DNA from: Chloroflexota bacterium
GTDB lineage: Bacteria > Chloroflexota > Anaerolineae > JAAEKA01
Length of the DNA: 64,000 bases
Assembly: GCA_029558955.1 (NCBI GenBank)
Contig: JAKQCW010000124.1
Location: 598-64,597, forward strand
Direction: 5' to 3'
Shown: piece by piece, positions 42,073-53,542 of the stretch
Position numbering within the stretch: position 1 is the first letter of the stretch
Layout of the letters: each line of letters starts with the position of its first letter
Made by a program: the position numbers and the translations under genes
The notes under the pieces: model-generated
What the model saw: only the letters and a program-made list of their open reading frames with translations
What the model was told of the DNA's origin: nothing
Database searches by the model: none

Positions 42073-44922
42073 ATGGTGCGAAACGTGAAACGTGACAACC
42101 GACCGCTTTTGATCCTTGTGCTCTTGCTCGTTGTGACAGGGCTGGCTGCCGCGTGTAGCCGCGGCCAGCCGCAGCCCCCAGCGCCTGCTCCTGTCTCTAC
42201 CGTTGCTCTGGCCGGGATGCCTGCTACTGTCCCTGCTGCACCGGCCGGCCCGCCGCCAGCCATCCGCTCCGTAGCGCAAGACCGCGCCGACCTGCCGCGC
42301 TACGGGGCGCTGGAGATGGTCGTCGACGTGCAGGCGCAATACGCCAACCCCTACGACGCGCGCCAGATCGCCCTGGATGGCCTGTTCACCGCGCCTGACG
42401 GCAGCGAATGGCGCGTGCCAGGCTTCTGGGACGGCGAGGCTGAGTGGCGGCTGCGCTTTACCCCCTCGCAGGCCGGCGAATGGCGCTACCAGGTGACGGT
42501 GCAGGACGCCAACGGCGCCAGCCAGCCGGCCGCGGGCGCGTTCCAGGTCACAGCCTCGGACCAGCACGGCTGGCTGCAAGTGGGCAGTTGGGTCGATCCA
42601 ACCTACAGCCCGCGCTACCTGGTCTACCACGATGGAACGCCCTTCTACGGCGTGGGCCACGCCGATGCGCTGAACATCCTGATCGACGGCTTCAACCTGG
42701 AGCGCGGCGTGGGGCTGTTTGAGGACATGCAGGCAGCAGGCGAGAACTACGTCGTCTGGTGGCCCTTCTACGCCATGTCGCCAATCAACAGCAGCTACGA
42801 CGACTACGCCGTGCAGAACCTCAAGGTCATCGACACCATTGTGCGCAGCGCCGAACAGCGCGGCGTTCACCTGGTCTTCACCATCTGGGACCACCCGCAA
42901 CTGCGCGACAACACCCATAGCTGGGCCGATGGCCGCTGGGCGGCCTCCAACGGCTTCCGGCGGCTGGGCGACATCGCCAGCTTCTTCAGCGGCGACGAGG
43001 CCTGGGCCTGGCAGGAGAATCTCTACCGTTACCTGATCGCGCGCTGGGGCTACAGCCCAGCCATCGGCCTGTGGCAGACTGTGTCGGAGATCAACGGCAC
43101 CAACGCCTACCAAGAGACCGATCCGTGGCACGCCAAAGTTAACGCCTTTTTCGTGGACAATGACCCCTACCGCCACCCCACCACGGCCAGCAAGTCGGGC
43201 GACGTTGACTGGATAGCCGGCTGGCAGGCCATGGACGTGTCGCAGGTGCACCTCTATGAGTTCGGCGATGGCGCGGTGGCCGCAGCCGCAGTGATCGCCG
43301 ATTGGACCGCTGAGATGTGGAACGCCGCCGAGAAGCCAAACTGGGTCGGCGAGTTCGGCGTCACCGACAATGCGCAGTACCCGGAGCTGTTTCACAACGC
43401 GATCTGGGCCGCGCTGGGCGCGGGCGCGGCCATGACGCCGGCCGAATGGAACAGCGGCGGCAGTTGGGGCCGGCTCACGCCGGAGATGAAGGCCGACCTG
43501 GGCCGGCTGGCCCAATTCGTGGCCGACATCCCGCTGGCGCACTGGAACCCGCAGCCGGTGCAGATCAGCAGCAGCGATCCGGCTGTGCGTGGCTGGGGCG
43601 TGGCCGGCGAGGCGGGCGGGCTGTTCTGGGTGCAGGACGCCGCGCTGGAGGGACAGCCCATGGCTGGCGTACGCGCCAACAGCGCAGCTCGCTCCGGCGT
43701 ACAGGTGACCATCGACGCCCTGGTCGGCGGAACCTATGCCGTCACCCCCTACGACACCTGGCAAGGCGAATTCCTGGATCCCATCGCTCTCACATGCGCC
43801 GCGGGCCAGCCCTGCACCGTCGATCTGCCCGCCTTCAGCGCTGACATGGCCTTCCGGCTGGAGAACGCCGCCTGCTGTCGGGGACGCCCAACGGGCTATG
43901 GCCCGACGCCCGCGCCTTCTGGTGCGACGCAGAGCGGTCTCGATACGACGGGGACGCCTACTCGACCGGCGGAGGGGGCGCGCGGGCTTGGTGTGTCGAT
44001 TTGGGCGCCGTTGGCCGGCTTTCTGGAGCAGCAGACCATGCAACAGAACGCCGATGTGCTGGACGAGGTCAACTTCTTCTGGTACACCCTGGGCGCGGAT
44101 GGCAGCATCGGCGGCGGGGCCATGGCGTCGCAGGCGGTGCAGGTGGCGCGCGACGCGGGGCTGCGCGTTGTGCCCTCCATCGTCAACGGCGGCTTCGACC
44201 CGCAGCGGGTCAGCTTGGTGGTCAACGATCCAGCTCGCCGCGCCCAGTATATCGACGCTATCCTGGCGCTGGTGCGCGACAACGGCTACGACGGCATCGA
44301 CATCGACTATGAGAGCCTGAATCCGGCCGACCGCGACGCCTTCAGCCTGTTCATCGAGGAGCTGGCGGCCGCGCTGCACGCCGAGGACAAGCTGCTCTCC
44401 ATCGCGGTGCATGCCAAGACCAACGACGCCGGCGCGTGGAGCGGCGCGGCCGCGCAGGATTGGACGCGACTGGGCGCGGCCGTGGACATGTTCAAGATCA
44501 TGACCTACGACTTCCACAACGCGGCCAGCGAGGCCGGCCCCATCGCGCCGCTGGATTGGGTGGACGAGGTGTTGAGCTACGCCGCGACGGTGGTCCCGCC
44601 GGAGAAGACCTGGATGGGTGTGCCGATCTATGGCTACGACTGGGCCGGCGGCGGGGGGCGCAGCCTCAACTGGCGGCAGGCGCTCAAGCTGGTGGAGCAG
44701 AACAGCGTGCAGCCGCAGCGCGACCCAGCCTCCGGCGAGATGTGGTTCAGCTATAATGGCGGCAGCAACACCGTCTGGTATAATGACGGCGAGACATTGG
44801 CCGGCAGGCTGGCCCTGCTGGCCGAGAAACATCCCTACGTGGCGGGCATCGCCATCTGGCCGCTGGGCGGCGAAGACCCGGCCAACTGGACAGCTATCAG
44901 AGAGGCAACACAACAACCATGA
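42073..44922 (+). CDS. Multidomain glycoside hydrolase lipoprotein. The N-terminal domain is a GH5/DUF4038-like TIM barrel. The C-terminal domain is GH18-like (DGIDIDYE motif), possibly endo-beta-N-acetylglucosaminidase or chitinase-like.
   Basis: Signal peptide plus AAAC lipobox after ATG 42073. YDGIDIDYESL is the GH18 catalytic signature. Confidence 0.7.
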   Translation: MVRNVKRDNRPLLILVLLLVVTGLAAACSRGQPQPPAPAPVSTVALAGMPATVPAAPAGPPPAIRSVAQDRADLPRYGALEMVVDVQAQYANPYDARQIALDGLFTAPDGSEWRVPGFWDGEAEWRLRFTPSQAGEWRYQVTVQDANGASQPAAGAFQVTASDQHGWLQVGSWVDPTYSPRYLVYHDGTPFYGVGHADALNILIDGFNLERGVGLFEDMQAAGENYVVWWPFYAMSPINSSYDDYAVQNLKVIDTIVRSAEQRGVHLVFTIWDHPQLRDNTHSWADGRWAASNGFRRLGDIASFFSGDEAWAWQENLYRYLIARWGYSPAIGLWQTVSEINGTNAYQETDPWHAKVNAFFVDNDPYRHPTTASKSGDVDWIAGWQAMDVSQVHLYEFGDGAVAAAAVIADWTAEMWNAAEKPNWVGEFGVTDNAQYPELFHNAIWAALGAGAAMTPAEWNSGGSWGRLTPEMKADLGRLAQFVADIPLAHWNPQPVQISSSDPAVRGWGVAGEAGGLFWVQDAALEGQPMAGVRANSAARSGVQVTIDALVGGTYAVTPYDTWQGEFLDPIALTCAAGQPCTVDLPAFSADMAFRLENAACCRGRPTGYGPTPAPSGATQSGLDTTGTPTRPAEGARGLGVSIWAPLAGFLEQQTMQQNADVLDEVNFFWYTLGADGSIGGGAMASQAVQVARDAGLRVVPSIVNGGFDPQRVSLVVNDPARRAQYIDAILALVRDNGYDGIDIDYESLNPADRDAFSLFIEELAAALHAEDKLLSIAVHAKTNDAGAWSGAAAQDWTRLGAAVDMFKIMTYDFHNAASEAGPIAPLDWVDEVLSYAATVVPPEKTWMGVPIYGYDWAGGGGRSLNWRQALKLVEQNSVQPQRDPASGEMWFSYNGGSNTVWYNDGETLAGRLALLAEKHPYVAGIAIWPLGGEDPANWTAIREATQQP

Positions 44923-46277
44923 CCAAGCAAGTAACTTTTCCCCATGACTTCATCTGGGGCGCGGCGACCGCGGCGTATCAGATCGAAGGCGCTTGGGATC
45001 AGGACGGCAAGGGCGAGTCGATCTGGGATCGCTTCAGCCACACGCCGGGCAAGGTGCTGAACGGCGAAAACGGCGATGTCGCCTGTGACCACTATCACCG
45101 CTGGCAGGACGATCTGGACCTGATGGCGGCGTTGAACCTGCGCGCCTATCGCTTCTCCATCGCCTGGCCGCGCATCCTGCCGGCCGGCCGCGGCCAGGTC
45201 AACCCGGCCGGGCTGGACTTCTACGATCGGCTGGTGGATGGGCTGCTGGCGCGCGGCATCCGGCCCTTCGCCACGCTCTATCACTGGGATCTGCCCCAGG
45301 CGTTGGAGGATGCCGGCGGCTGGCCGGCGCGCAGCACGGCCGAGGCTTTCGTCGAATATGCCGATGTGGTCAGCCGGCGGTTGGGCGACCGCGTCCAGGA
45401 CTGGATCACGCACAACGAGCCGTTCTGCACCGCGTTTCTGGGACACATGATCGGCGTCCATGCGCCGGGTCACAACGACGCGGCCAAGACCGCCCGCACG
45501 GTGCATCACCTTTTGCTGTCGCACGGCTGGGCTGTGCCGGTGCTGCGCGCCAACAGTCCCGGCGCGCGCGTGGGCCTGGCCCTCAACCCCAATGAAGTCG
45601 TGCCGGCCTCGGCCAGCCAGGTCGATCTGCGGGCGGCCGCGCGCGAGGATGGCATCCGCAACCGGCTTTTCCTGGATCCCCTCTATCACCGCGGCTATCC
45701 GGCTGATGTGGTCGAGCGCCTGGACGTCGAGTACGGCGTGAGGTTCGACTTCGTGCAGCCGGGCGACATGGACGCGATCGCCGTCCCGACCGACTTCATG
45801 GGCGTCAACTACTACAATCGCACCATCGCGCGCGATGAGGAGGCGCCCAACAACCTGCCGCCGGCCATCACGGTTGAGGGCAACGAGCATACCGAGATGG
45901 GCTGGGAGGTCTACCCGCCGGGGTTCTACAACCTGCTCTGCCGGCTGCACTTCGACTACCGTCCGGCCAGCATGATCATCACCGAGAACGGCGCCAGCTA
46001 CTCCGACGGCCCCGACGCGGCCGGGCGCAGCGCCGACCAACGCCGGCTGAACTACATTCGCGACCATCTGGCGGAGGTGCGGCGGGCCATGGATGCCGGC
46101 GTGCCGCTGAACGGCTACTTCACCTGGTCGTTGATGGATAATTTCGAGTGGGCGTTCGGCTATTCGCAGCGCTTCGGCATGGTTTGGGTGGACTATGCCA
46201 CGCAACAGCGGCTGCTCAAGGACAGCGCCCTCTGGTACCGGGATCTGATCGCCAACGACGGATTCGCCCTGCCCTGA
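44919..46277 (+). CDS. GH1 family beta-glucosidase / beta-glycosidase
   Basis: FIWGAATAAYQIEGA, ITENG and TWSLMDNFEW motifs. Its start overlaps the upstream stop (ATGA). Confidence 0.9.
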   Translation: MTKQVTFPHDFIWGAATAAYQIEGAWDQDGKGESIWDRFSHTPGKVLNGENGDVACDHYHRWQDDLDLMAALNLRAYRFSIAWPRILPAGRGQVNPAGLDFYDRLVDGLLARGIRPFATLYHWDLPQALEDAGGWPARSTAEAFVEYADVVSRRLGDRVQDWITHNEPFCTAFLGHMIGVHAPGHNDAAKTARTVHHLLLSHGWAVPVLRANSPGARVGLALNPNEVVPASASQVDLRAAAREDGIRNRLFLDPLYHRGYPADVVERLDVEYGVRFDFVQPGDMDAIAVPTDFMGVNYYNRTIARDEEAPNNLPPAITVEGNEHTEMGWEVYPPGFYNLLCRLHFDYRPASMIITENGASYSDGPDAAGRSADQRRLNYIRDHLAEVRRAMDAGVPLNGYFTWSLMDNFEWAFGYSQRFGMVWVDYATQQRLLKDSALWYRDLIANDGFALP

Positions 46278-46298
46278 CGGCGGGCGCTGAGCTGACGG

Positions 46299-46470
46299 GC
46301 TGGAGTCGAGGCGTTAGCCGGAACGCGCGCCGGACCCGGCTGAAGCCTCGACTCCGGCTGGCCGGCTGAAGCCTCGACTCCGGTTGGCCGGCTGAAGCCT
46401 CGACTCCGGCTGGCCGGCTGAAGCCTCGACTCCAGTTGGCCGGCTGAAGCCTCGGCTCCGGTTGGCTGAT
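46299..46470. repeat. Repeat family A variant. A hairpin unit ggagtcgagg…cctcgactcc is followed by ~5 tandem 26-bp copies of ggctgaagcctcgactccggctggcc.
   Basis: Read from the sequence, downstream of the GH1 gene. Confidence 0.85.
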
Positions 46471-46479
46471 GAACCTTTA

Positions 46480-46625
46480 GGTGATATTTCGACCATAGAG
46501 CGGAGCGCGTCCGGGTGCGATCTTGACGGGGGGGGGAGTTCGCGTTATCGGACGGAGCATGTCCGTGTGCGATCTTGACGGGGGGGAAGTTCGCGTTATC
46601 GAGCAGGGGGGCGCGTGCAGGTGCG
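46480..46625. repeat. Two tandem ~60-bp copies (…cgtccgggtgcgatcttgacgggggggagttcgcgttatcg…).
   Basis: Read from the sequence. Confidence 0.8.
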
Positions 46626-46672
46626 GCCTCGGCGGGGGATGAAGTCCCTCCTGATTTCCCCAAAATTCCCTC

Positions 46673-46740
46673 TTGACAACTCACGCGATTTGTGTTATCC
46701 TATCATTAGATATCCGACATCTGATATCCAGTGACCTGAT
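46673..46740 (+). promoter_or_regulatory. Candidate promoter (TTGACA, 17 bp, TATCCT) with an overlapping palindromic operator-like sequence (ttatcctatcattagatatccgacatctgatatccagtgacctgataag) upstream of the GntR gene.
   Basis: Read from the sequence. Inverted repeats gatatc…gatatc and ttatc…gataa are present. Confidence 0.3.
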
Positions 46741-46757
46741 AAGCTCCGCGACTTTCG

Positions 46758-47522
46758 ATGAAGAAGGCTGGCATGGAAAAGCTCCCTCGTGGGCCGATGC
46801 TCAATCGGGTGATTCAGGATCAAGTCAAGCAGTATATCACTGCCAACCGTCTCGAGGCTGGCGATCTGCTGCCGCCGGAGGGACAGTTGGCCAGCGATCT
46901 GGGCGTCAGCCGCGGCTCCGTGCGCGAGGCCATCAAGTCGCTGGAGTCACTGGGCATCGTCGAGGTGCGTCACGGCGACGGTGTACGGGTGCGGGCCTTC
47001 AATTTCGACCCCATTTTCGATCTCCTCTCCTACGGCCTGGTCTATGACCCTATCCGGGCCGCCGAAATCCTTCAAATCCGCATCTGGCTGGAGGTTGCAG
47101 CCGTGGTCGACGCCGTCGCGGCCATCAGCGACGCGGAACTGGACCAATTCGACGCACTGCTGGAGCAGTGGGAGGCCAAGGTAGACCGCGGCGAAGACGT
47201 CTCTGCCGATGACCGCAGCTTCCACAGCATGCTCTACACTCCCCTGGGCAACGAATCGCTGATTCGCCTGATCGATATTTTCTGGGTGATCTACCATTCG
47301 CTGGCGGTCGAGATGATCGGCGCCGACCATGACCCCCGCACCACGGTCCGAATGCATCGCGAACTGCTGGACGCTATCCGCACCCGCGATGCCGCCCTGG
47401 CCGCCCAGCGCATGCGCGAACATTTCTACAAGTTGGAGCAACGCCTGGCGAAAGCGATCCAGCCCAGCCAGGTCAACGGTTCCGCGGACCACGTCGCACT
47501 CCCCATCGTTTCCACCACCTAA
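46758..47522 (+). CDS. GntR-family transcriptional regulator (FadR/FCD-type C-terminal domain).
   Basis: HTH motif LPPEGQLASDLGVSRGSVREAIKSLESLGIV. An alternative start ATG is at 46773. Confidence 0.8.
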   Translation: MKKAGMEKLPRGPMLNRVIQDQVKQYITANRLEAGDLLPPEGQLASDLGVSRGSVREAIKSLESLGIVEVRHGDGVRVRAFNFDPIFDLLSYGLVYDPIRAAEILQIRIWLEVAAVVDAVAAISDAELDQFDALLEQWEAKVDRGEDVSADDRSFHSMLYTPLGNESLIRLIDIFWVIYHSLAVEMIGADHDPRTTVRMHRELLDAIRTRDAALAAQRMREHFYKLEQRLAKAIQPSQVNGSADHVALPIVSTT

Positions 47523-47547
47523 CAACACACTATCAGGGAAGCACGCA

Positions 47548-48548
47548 ATGACGCACTTGCTAGAGGTCAAAGATCTCGTCACCCGCTTCTACTCCGACGG
47601 CGCCACCATCCACGCGGTCAACGGCATTTCTTACACGCTGGATGAGGGCGAATCGCTGGCCATCGTCGGCGAGAGCGGCTCCGGAAAATCGGTCGGCGTC
47701 ATGTCGATCATGGGTTTGATTCGCTTCCCGCCCGGCCGGGTCGAGGGGGGCGAGGTGCTCTTCAAGGGCCGCGATCTGCTCAAGCTGTCGCCCGACGAGA
47801 TGCGCGCGGTGCGCGGCGGCGAGATTTCCATGGTTTTTCAGGACCCCATGACCTCGCTCAACCCGGTGCTGTCGGTGGGCCAACAGTTGATGGAGCCATT
47901 GCGCGCCCATCTGGGGCTGGACAAGGCCGCGGCCCGCGCCCGCGCCGCCGAGCTGCTCTCGCTGGTGGGGCTGCCCAACGCCGCCGAGCGGCTCAAGGAC
48001 TACCCCTTCCAGTTCTCCGGCGGACAGCGGCAGCGCATCATGATCGCCATGGCGCTGACCTGCAATCCCAGCCTGCTGATCGCCGATGAGCCGACGACCG
48101 CGCTGGACGTCACCATCCAGGCCCAGATCGTCGAGCTGGTCAAGGAACTGCAAGAGCGGCTGAACACGGCCATCATCTGGATCAGCCACAACCTGGCGCT
48201 GGTGGCCGGCATGGTGGACAAGGTGATCGTCATGTATTCCGGCTACATCATCGAGCAGGCGCCGGTGGACGATCTCTACGAGCAGCCGGCGCACCCCTAC
48301 ACCATGGGCCTGCTGCACGCCATCCCCAGCCTGGATCAGCGCAACCAGGAGCGGCTGGCCTCCATCGAAGGAATGCCGCCCGACCTGCGCAAGGCGGCCA
48401 CGGCCTGCCCCTTCGCCCCCCGCTGCCCCTACGTCATCGACCGCTGTCTGCAAGAGGTGCCGCCGCTGCGAGCGGTCGGCCCCAACCATACATCCGCCTG
48501 CTGGCGCGCCGAAGAGCTGCGCAAGATCCACAACTTTGGAGAAGAGCT

Positions 48549-48552
<4 letters not shown>
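47548..48552 (+). CDS. ABC transporter ATP-binding protein (DppD/OppD-like).
   Basis: Walker A GESGSGKS, signature LSGGQRQR and the C-terminal oligopeptide-ATPase Cys motif. Confidence 0.85.
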
Positions 48553-49574
<1,022 letters not shown>

Positions 49575-49644
49575 GCCATTTTCAATCGTGTTTCCTTGCC
49601 GGCGCCTCACCGGCGCAAGATCAACTTTCCGATAGGAGCGTACC

Positions 49645-51354
49645 ATGAAGGTTTACAAGCTGTTTGCGATCGTCGCGCTGATCGCCCTGGTGCTGGCCGG
49701 CTGCGGATCCCCCGCAGCGACCCCGGCGCCTGAGGCAACCACCGCCCCTGCCGCCCAACCGGCGGCCTCTGACGCCACTGCCGCGCCCGCCGAAGCCACC
49801 GCGGCCCCGGCTGCCCCCTCTACTGCCAGCGGCCCGGCCGGCGTCTTCCGCTCGCCCATGCGCACCGGCTGCGCCATCGGCACCCTCTGGACCACCTGCG
49901 GCCGCCGCATCGACGAGGCCTTCCTGCAGGGCCTGGCCCAGGTCAAGTGGACGGCCGACGGCGTCGAGCCGCTGCTGGCCGAGAGCTGGGAGATGGAAGA
50001 GGACGGCAAAGCTTTCGTCTTCCACCTGCGCGAGGGTGTCACCTGGCACGACGGCGAGCCTTTCACCGCCGATGACGTGGTGTTCACCTTCAACACCTTC
50101 GCCAATCCGGCCGTCGGTTCCACCTACGCCTCCAAGCTGGCCGACATCGTGGGCTACGATGAGTTCCAGTCCGGCGCCGCCACTGAGCTGGCCGGCGTGA
50201 CCAAGGTCGACGACATGACCGTGCGCGTCGAGCTGAAGACCCCCTCGCCGCTGTGGGTTGAGCTGCAGCAGATCTCCATCAGCATCCTGCCTGAGCACAT
50301 TCTGGGCAGCGTGCCGGCCGATCAACTGCGCACCAACGGCTACTGGAAGCAGATGGTCGGCACCGGCCCCTTCGTCATGACCAAGTTCGTCGATGACCAG
50401 TACATCGAGGGCGTGGCCAACGAGAACTACTTCCTGGGCAAGCCCAAGCTGGACAAGATCGTCTTCCAGATCTACGCCGACACCACCGCGATCCTCAACG
50501 CGCTGGAGGCGGGCGAGCTGGACGCCACCCCCTACGAGGGCGGCGGTATTCCGCTGGACCAGGTGCAGCGCTTCGAGAAGATGCCGCACCTGACCGTGCT
50601 GGGCAACATGGACGCCGGTCTGCCCAGCTTCCTCTTCCTCAACCTGACTGACCCCGATTTCGCCAAGCCGGAAGTGCGCCAGGCCCTGATGTACGCCATC
50701 GATCGCGAGACCATCATGGAAACCGTGCGCATGAACTATGGCAAGATCTCCAACACCATGTTCCCGGCGGAATGGGCTCGCCCGGCTGACCTGGAGACCT
50801 ATCCCTACGACCCTGAGAAGGCCATGGAACTGCTGAAGGCCGCCGGCTGGGACTCCTCCCGCAAGCTGGACTTCCTTTACTACTACAACGACCAGGTCAA
50901 CAAGGACCTCGTGGTCGCCATCCAGGCCTATCTGGGGGCCGTGGGCGTCACCGTCGAGCCGCGGCTGGTGGACGGCGCCGGCTTCAACCAGGCCATCGTC
51001 GATGGCACCTTCCAGATCGGCTACGGCGCCAACGGCCAGGGTCTCGATCCTTCCATCGGCGCCTTGATCACCAAGTGCGGCACGCAGCGCGCCATGGGCT
51101 ACTGCAACGAGCAGGTGGACGAGCTCTTCACCCAGGGTGTCAGCGTGGCCGAGCGCGACGAGCGCGCCCCCTTCTACCATGAGATCAGCACCATCCTGAA
51201 CCAGGAACTGCCCAAGATCTGGCTGTGGTACGAAGTGCGCCCCATGGGCTTCAACAAGCGCATCGTCGGCCTGGCGCAGCACTTCTCTGAGCAGCCGCTG
51301 CTGATGTTCGATATCCCGATCTACAACGAGATTCACACCTGGTACACTGAATAG
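49645..51354 (+). CDS. ABC substrate-binding lipoprotein, family 5 (oligopeptide/oligosaccharide).
   Basis: Signal peptide plus LAGC lipobox, with a long Ala/Pro/Thr linker. Confidence 0.85.
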   Translation: MKVYKLFAIVALIALVLAGCGSPAATPAPEATTAPAAQPAASDATAAPAEATAAPAAPSTASGPAGVFRSPMRTGCAIGTLWTTCGRRIDEAFLQGLAQVKWTADGVEPLLAESWEMEEDGKAFVFHLREGVTWHDGEPFTADDVVFTFNTFANPAVGSTYASKLADIVGYDEFQSGAATELAGVTKVDDMTVRVELKTPSPLWVELQQISISILPEHILGSVPADQLRTNGYWKQMVGTGPFVMTKFVDDQYIEGVANENYFLGKPKLDKIVFQIYADTTAILNALEAGELDATPYEGGGIPLDQVQRFEKMPHLTVLGNMDAGLPSFLFLNLTDPDFAKPEVRQALMYAIDRETIMETVRMNYGKISNTMFPAEWARPADLETYPYDPEKAMELLKAAGWDSSRKLDFLYYYNDQVNKDLVVAIQAYLGAVGVTVEPRLVDGAGFNQAIVDGTFQIGYGANGQGLDPSIGALITKCGTQRAMGYCNEQVDELFTQGVSVAERDERAPFYHEISTILNQELPKIWLWYEVRPMGFNKRIVGLAQHFSEQPLLMFDIPIYNEIHTWYTE

Positions 51355-51439
51355 CACCGTCGTGTGAGGCTGGCTCGCGGCGAGCACTTCTCTCGCCGCG
51401 AGCCGGCTCACACCCATCTGCCTGACGGAGAGCATCGCT

Positions 51440-52396
51440 ATGACGACCTATATCGTGCGCCGTATCCTCATTAGCCTGCCCATCATCCTGGTGATCACGG
51501 TCATCGTCTTCCTGCTGGCGAATATGATGCCGGGCGATGCCGTGATGGCGATGATCTCCTCCGACTCGCCCATGGAGGCAGATCTGATCAAGCTGCGCCA
51601 GGGACAGCTCGGCCTGGACCTGCCGCTCTACGAGCAGTATGGGCGCTGGCTGGGCAACCTGCTGAAGGGCAGCCTGGGCTACTCCTTCCAGACCGGCGAG
51701 CCGGTCGGTCAGATGATCCTGACCCGCATCCCCGCCACCCTGGAGCTGATGGGTCTCTCGCTGCTCATTTCGGTCATTCTGGGCGTCTTCCTGGGCACCA
51801 TTTCCGCCATGAAGCAGTATTCCCCCATGGACTACGGCCTGACGCTGTTCGGCTTCACCGGCATCTCGATCCCCGATTTCTTCCTGGGCATGATCCTGAT
51901 CTTTATCTTTGCCCTGAAGCTGGGTTGGTTCCCCACCTCGGGTATGGTCACTGCCGGCACGGAGTTCTCCTGGAGCGACAATCTGCGTCACCTTTTCCTG
52001 CCGGCGCTGGCCCTGGCATTGGTGCGCACCTCGGTTTTCATGCGCTACACCCGCGCCAGTGTGTTGGAGGTCATCAACGAGGACTACGTGCGCACCGCCC
52101 GCGCCAAGGGCATGACCGAGCGTGTGGTCACGGTGCGCCACATCCTGCGCAACGCCCTGATCCCGGTGATCACGGTGATCGGCATCAACCTGACCGTGCT
52201 CTTTGCCGGTTCGGTGATCATCGAGACCATCTTCCAGTGGCCCGGCATCGGCATGATGTTCATCAACGCCATTGCGCTGCGCGACTCGCCGGTGATCATG
52301 GGCTACGTGCTGATTTCCGCCTTCGTCGTGCTGCTGGCCAACCTGGTGACCGACGTGACCTATTCCTTCGCCGACCCGCGCATCCGCTACGAGTAA
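51440..52396 (+). CDS. ABC transporter permease (DppB/OppB-like).
   Basis: Six transmembrane helices and the permease EAA-like loop. Confidence 0.85.
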   Translation: MTTYIVRRILISLPIILVITVIVFLLANMMPGDAVMAMISSDSPMEADLIKLRQGQLGLDLPLYEQYGRWLGNLLKGSLGYSFQTGEPVGQMILTRIPATLELMGLSLLISVILGVFLGTISAMKQYSPMDYGLTLFGFTGISIPDFFLGMILIFIFALKLGWFPTSGMVTAGTEFSWSDNLRHLFLPALALALVRTSVFMRYTRASVLEVINEDYVRTARAKGMTERVVTVRHILRNALIPVITVIGINLTVLFAGSVIIETIFQWPGIGMMFINAIALRDSPVIMGYVLISAFVVLLANLVTDVTYSFADPRIRYE

Positions 52397-52430
52397 GATC
52401 AGGGTTTCCCGCCTGTAGGAGAGAGCCATT

Positions 52431-53321
52431 ATGACTGCCACCGCACAAGCAATTGACCTGGCTGAAGACAAGCCGGAAAGCCTCTGGGGCAAGGCCCGCA
52501 AACGCTTCTTTCGCCACAAGCTGGCCATGTTCGGACTGATCACGCTGAGCCTGCTGATCTTCGTCTCCGTGGCCGCGCCACTGCTGACGCCCCATTCGCC
52601 CACCGAGATCGACCTGCGCTCCATTCGCCAGCCGCCTAGCGCCGACCACTGGCTGGGCACCGACGGCACCGGCCGCGATGTGCTGACCCGCATCTTCTAC
52701 GCCGGCCGCATCTCCCTTTCGGTGGGCCTGGTGGCGGTCACCATCTCGATGATCATCGGCGTCATCATCGGCAGCATCGCTGGCTATGCCGGCGGCAAGG
52801 TGGACATGACCCTGATGCGCGTCACCGACGTCTTCATGACCTTCCCATCGCTGGTCATCATCATCACGGTGGCAGCCGCCTTAGGGCCCAGCGTCTACAA
52901 TGCCATGCTGGTGATCGGTATGCTGACCTGGCCCTCCATTGCCCGCCTGGTGCGCGGCCAGTTCCTGACCCTGCGTGAGCAGCAGTTCGTGCGCGCGGCC
53001 CGCAGCATCGGCGTCACGCGCGGCCAGATCGTCTTCAAGCACATCTTCCCCAACACCGTCAGCTCCATCGCCGTGGCGCTGACCATCGGCGTGGCCAACA
53101 TCATCCTGCTGGAGGCCTCCCTCTCCTTCCTGGGCCTGGGCGTGCAGGCGCCGACCCCCAGTTGGGGCAACATGCTGCGCGACGCGCAGAGCCTGAACAT
53201 CCTGCAGGAAATGCCCTGGATGTGGGTGCCGCCCGGCCTGATGATCGCCCTAGCGGTGCTGAGCATCAACTTCATCGGCGACGGGCTGCGCGACGCGCTG
53301 GACCCGAAGAGCATTCACTGA
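52431..53321 (+). CDS. ABC transporter permease (DppC/OppC-like).
   Basis: Permease fold with an N-terminal OppC-like extension. Confidence 0.85.
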   Translation: MTATAQAIDLAEDKPESLWGKARKRFFRHKLAMFGLITLSLLIFVSVAAPLLTPHSPTEIDLRSIRQPPSADHWLGTDGTGRDVLTRIFYAGRISLSVGLVAVTISMIIGVIIGSIAGYAGGKVDMTLMRVTDVFMTFPSLVIIITVAAALGPSVYNAMLVIGMLTWPSIARLVRGQFLTLREQQFVRAARSIGVTRGQIVFKHIFPNTVSSIAVALTIGVANIILLEASLSFLGLGVQAPTPSWGNMLRDAQSLNILQEMPWMWVPPGLMIALAVLSINFIGDGLRDALDPKSIH

Positions 53322-53362
53322 GACGCGGTAGGCATCGTTAGGATGGCGCACTGCTGATAACC

Positions 53363-53475
53363 CGTAATGCGTAATGCGTAACCGGAATCGCGGGCAGCGG
53401 CTGCAGCGCACTTGACACACCTCCCATGCTTGAACCCGTCGTTCATCCCCATCCGGTTACGCATTACGCATTACG
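53363..53475. repeat. 113-bp element bounded by perfect 23-bp terminal inverted repeats (cgtaatgcgtaatgcgtaaccgg … ccggttacgcattacgcattacg).
   Basis: Read from the sequence. It lies between the permease gene and the lyase gene. The interior contains cttgacacacctcccatg. Confidence 0.8.
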
Positions 53476-53542
53476 CATTATTCCGCCAGCTCGCTGAAAA
53501 CCGGTACTGCGACACGAACACTTCACCAAGGTAATACCTCCC

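Noticed and set aside
42040-46205. Minus-strand ORFs 42040..44916 and 44835..46205, antisense to the GH18-like and GH1 genes.
   Set aside because: The sense strand has GH signatures. The antisense frames are high-GC artefacts.
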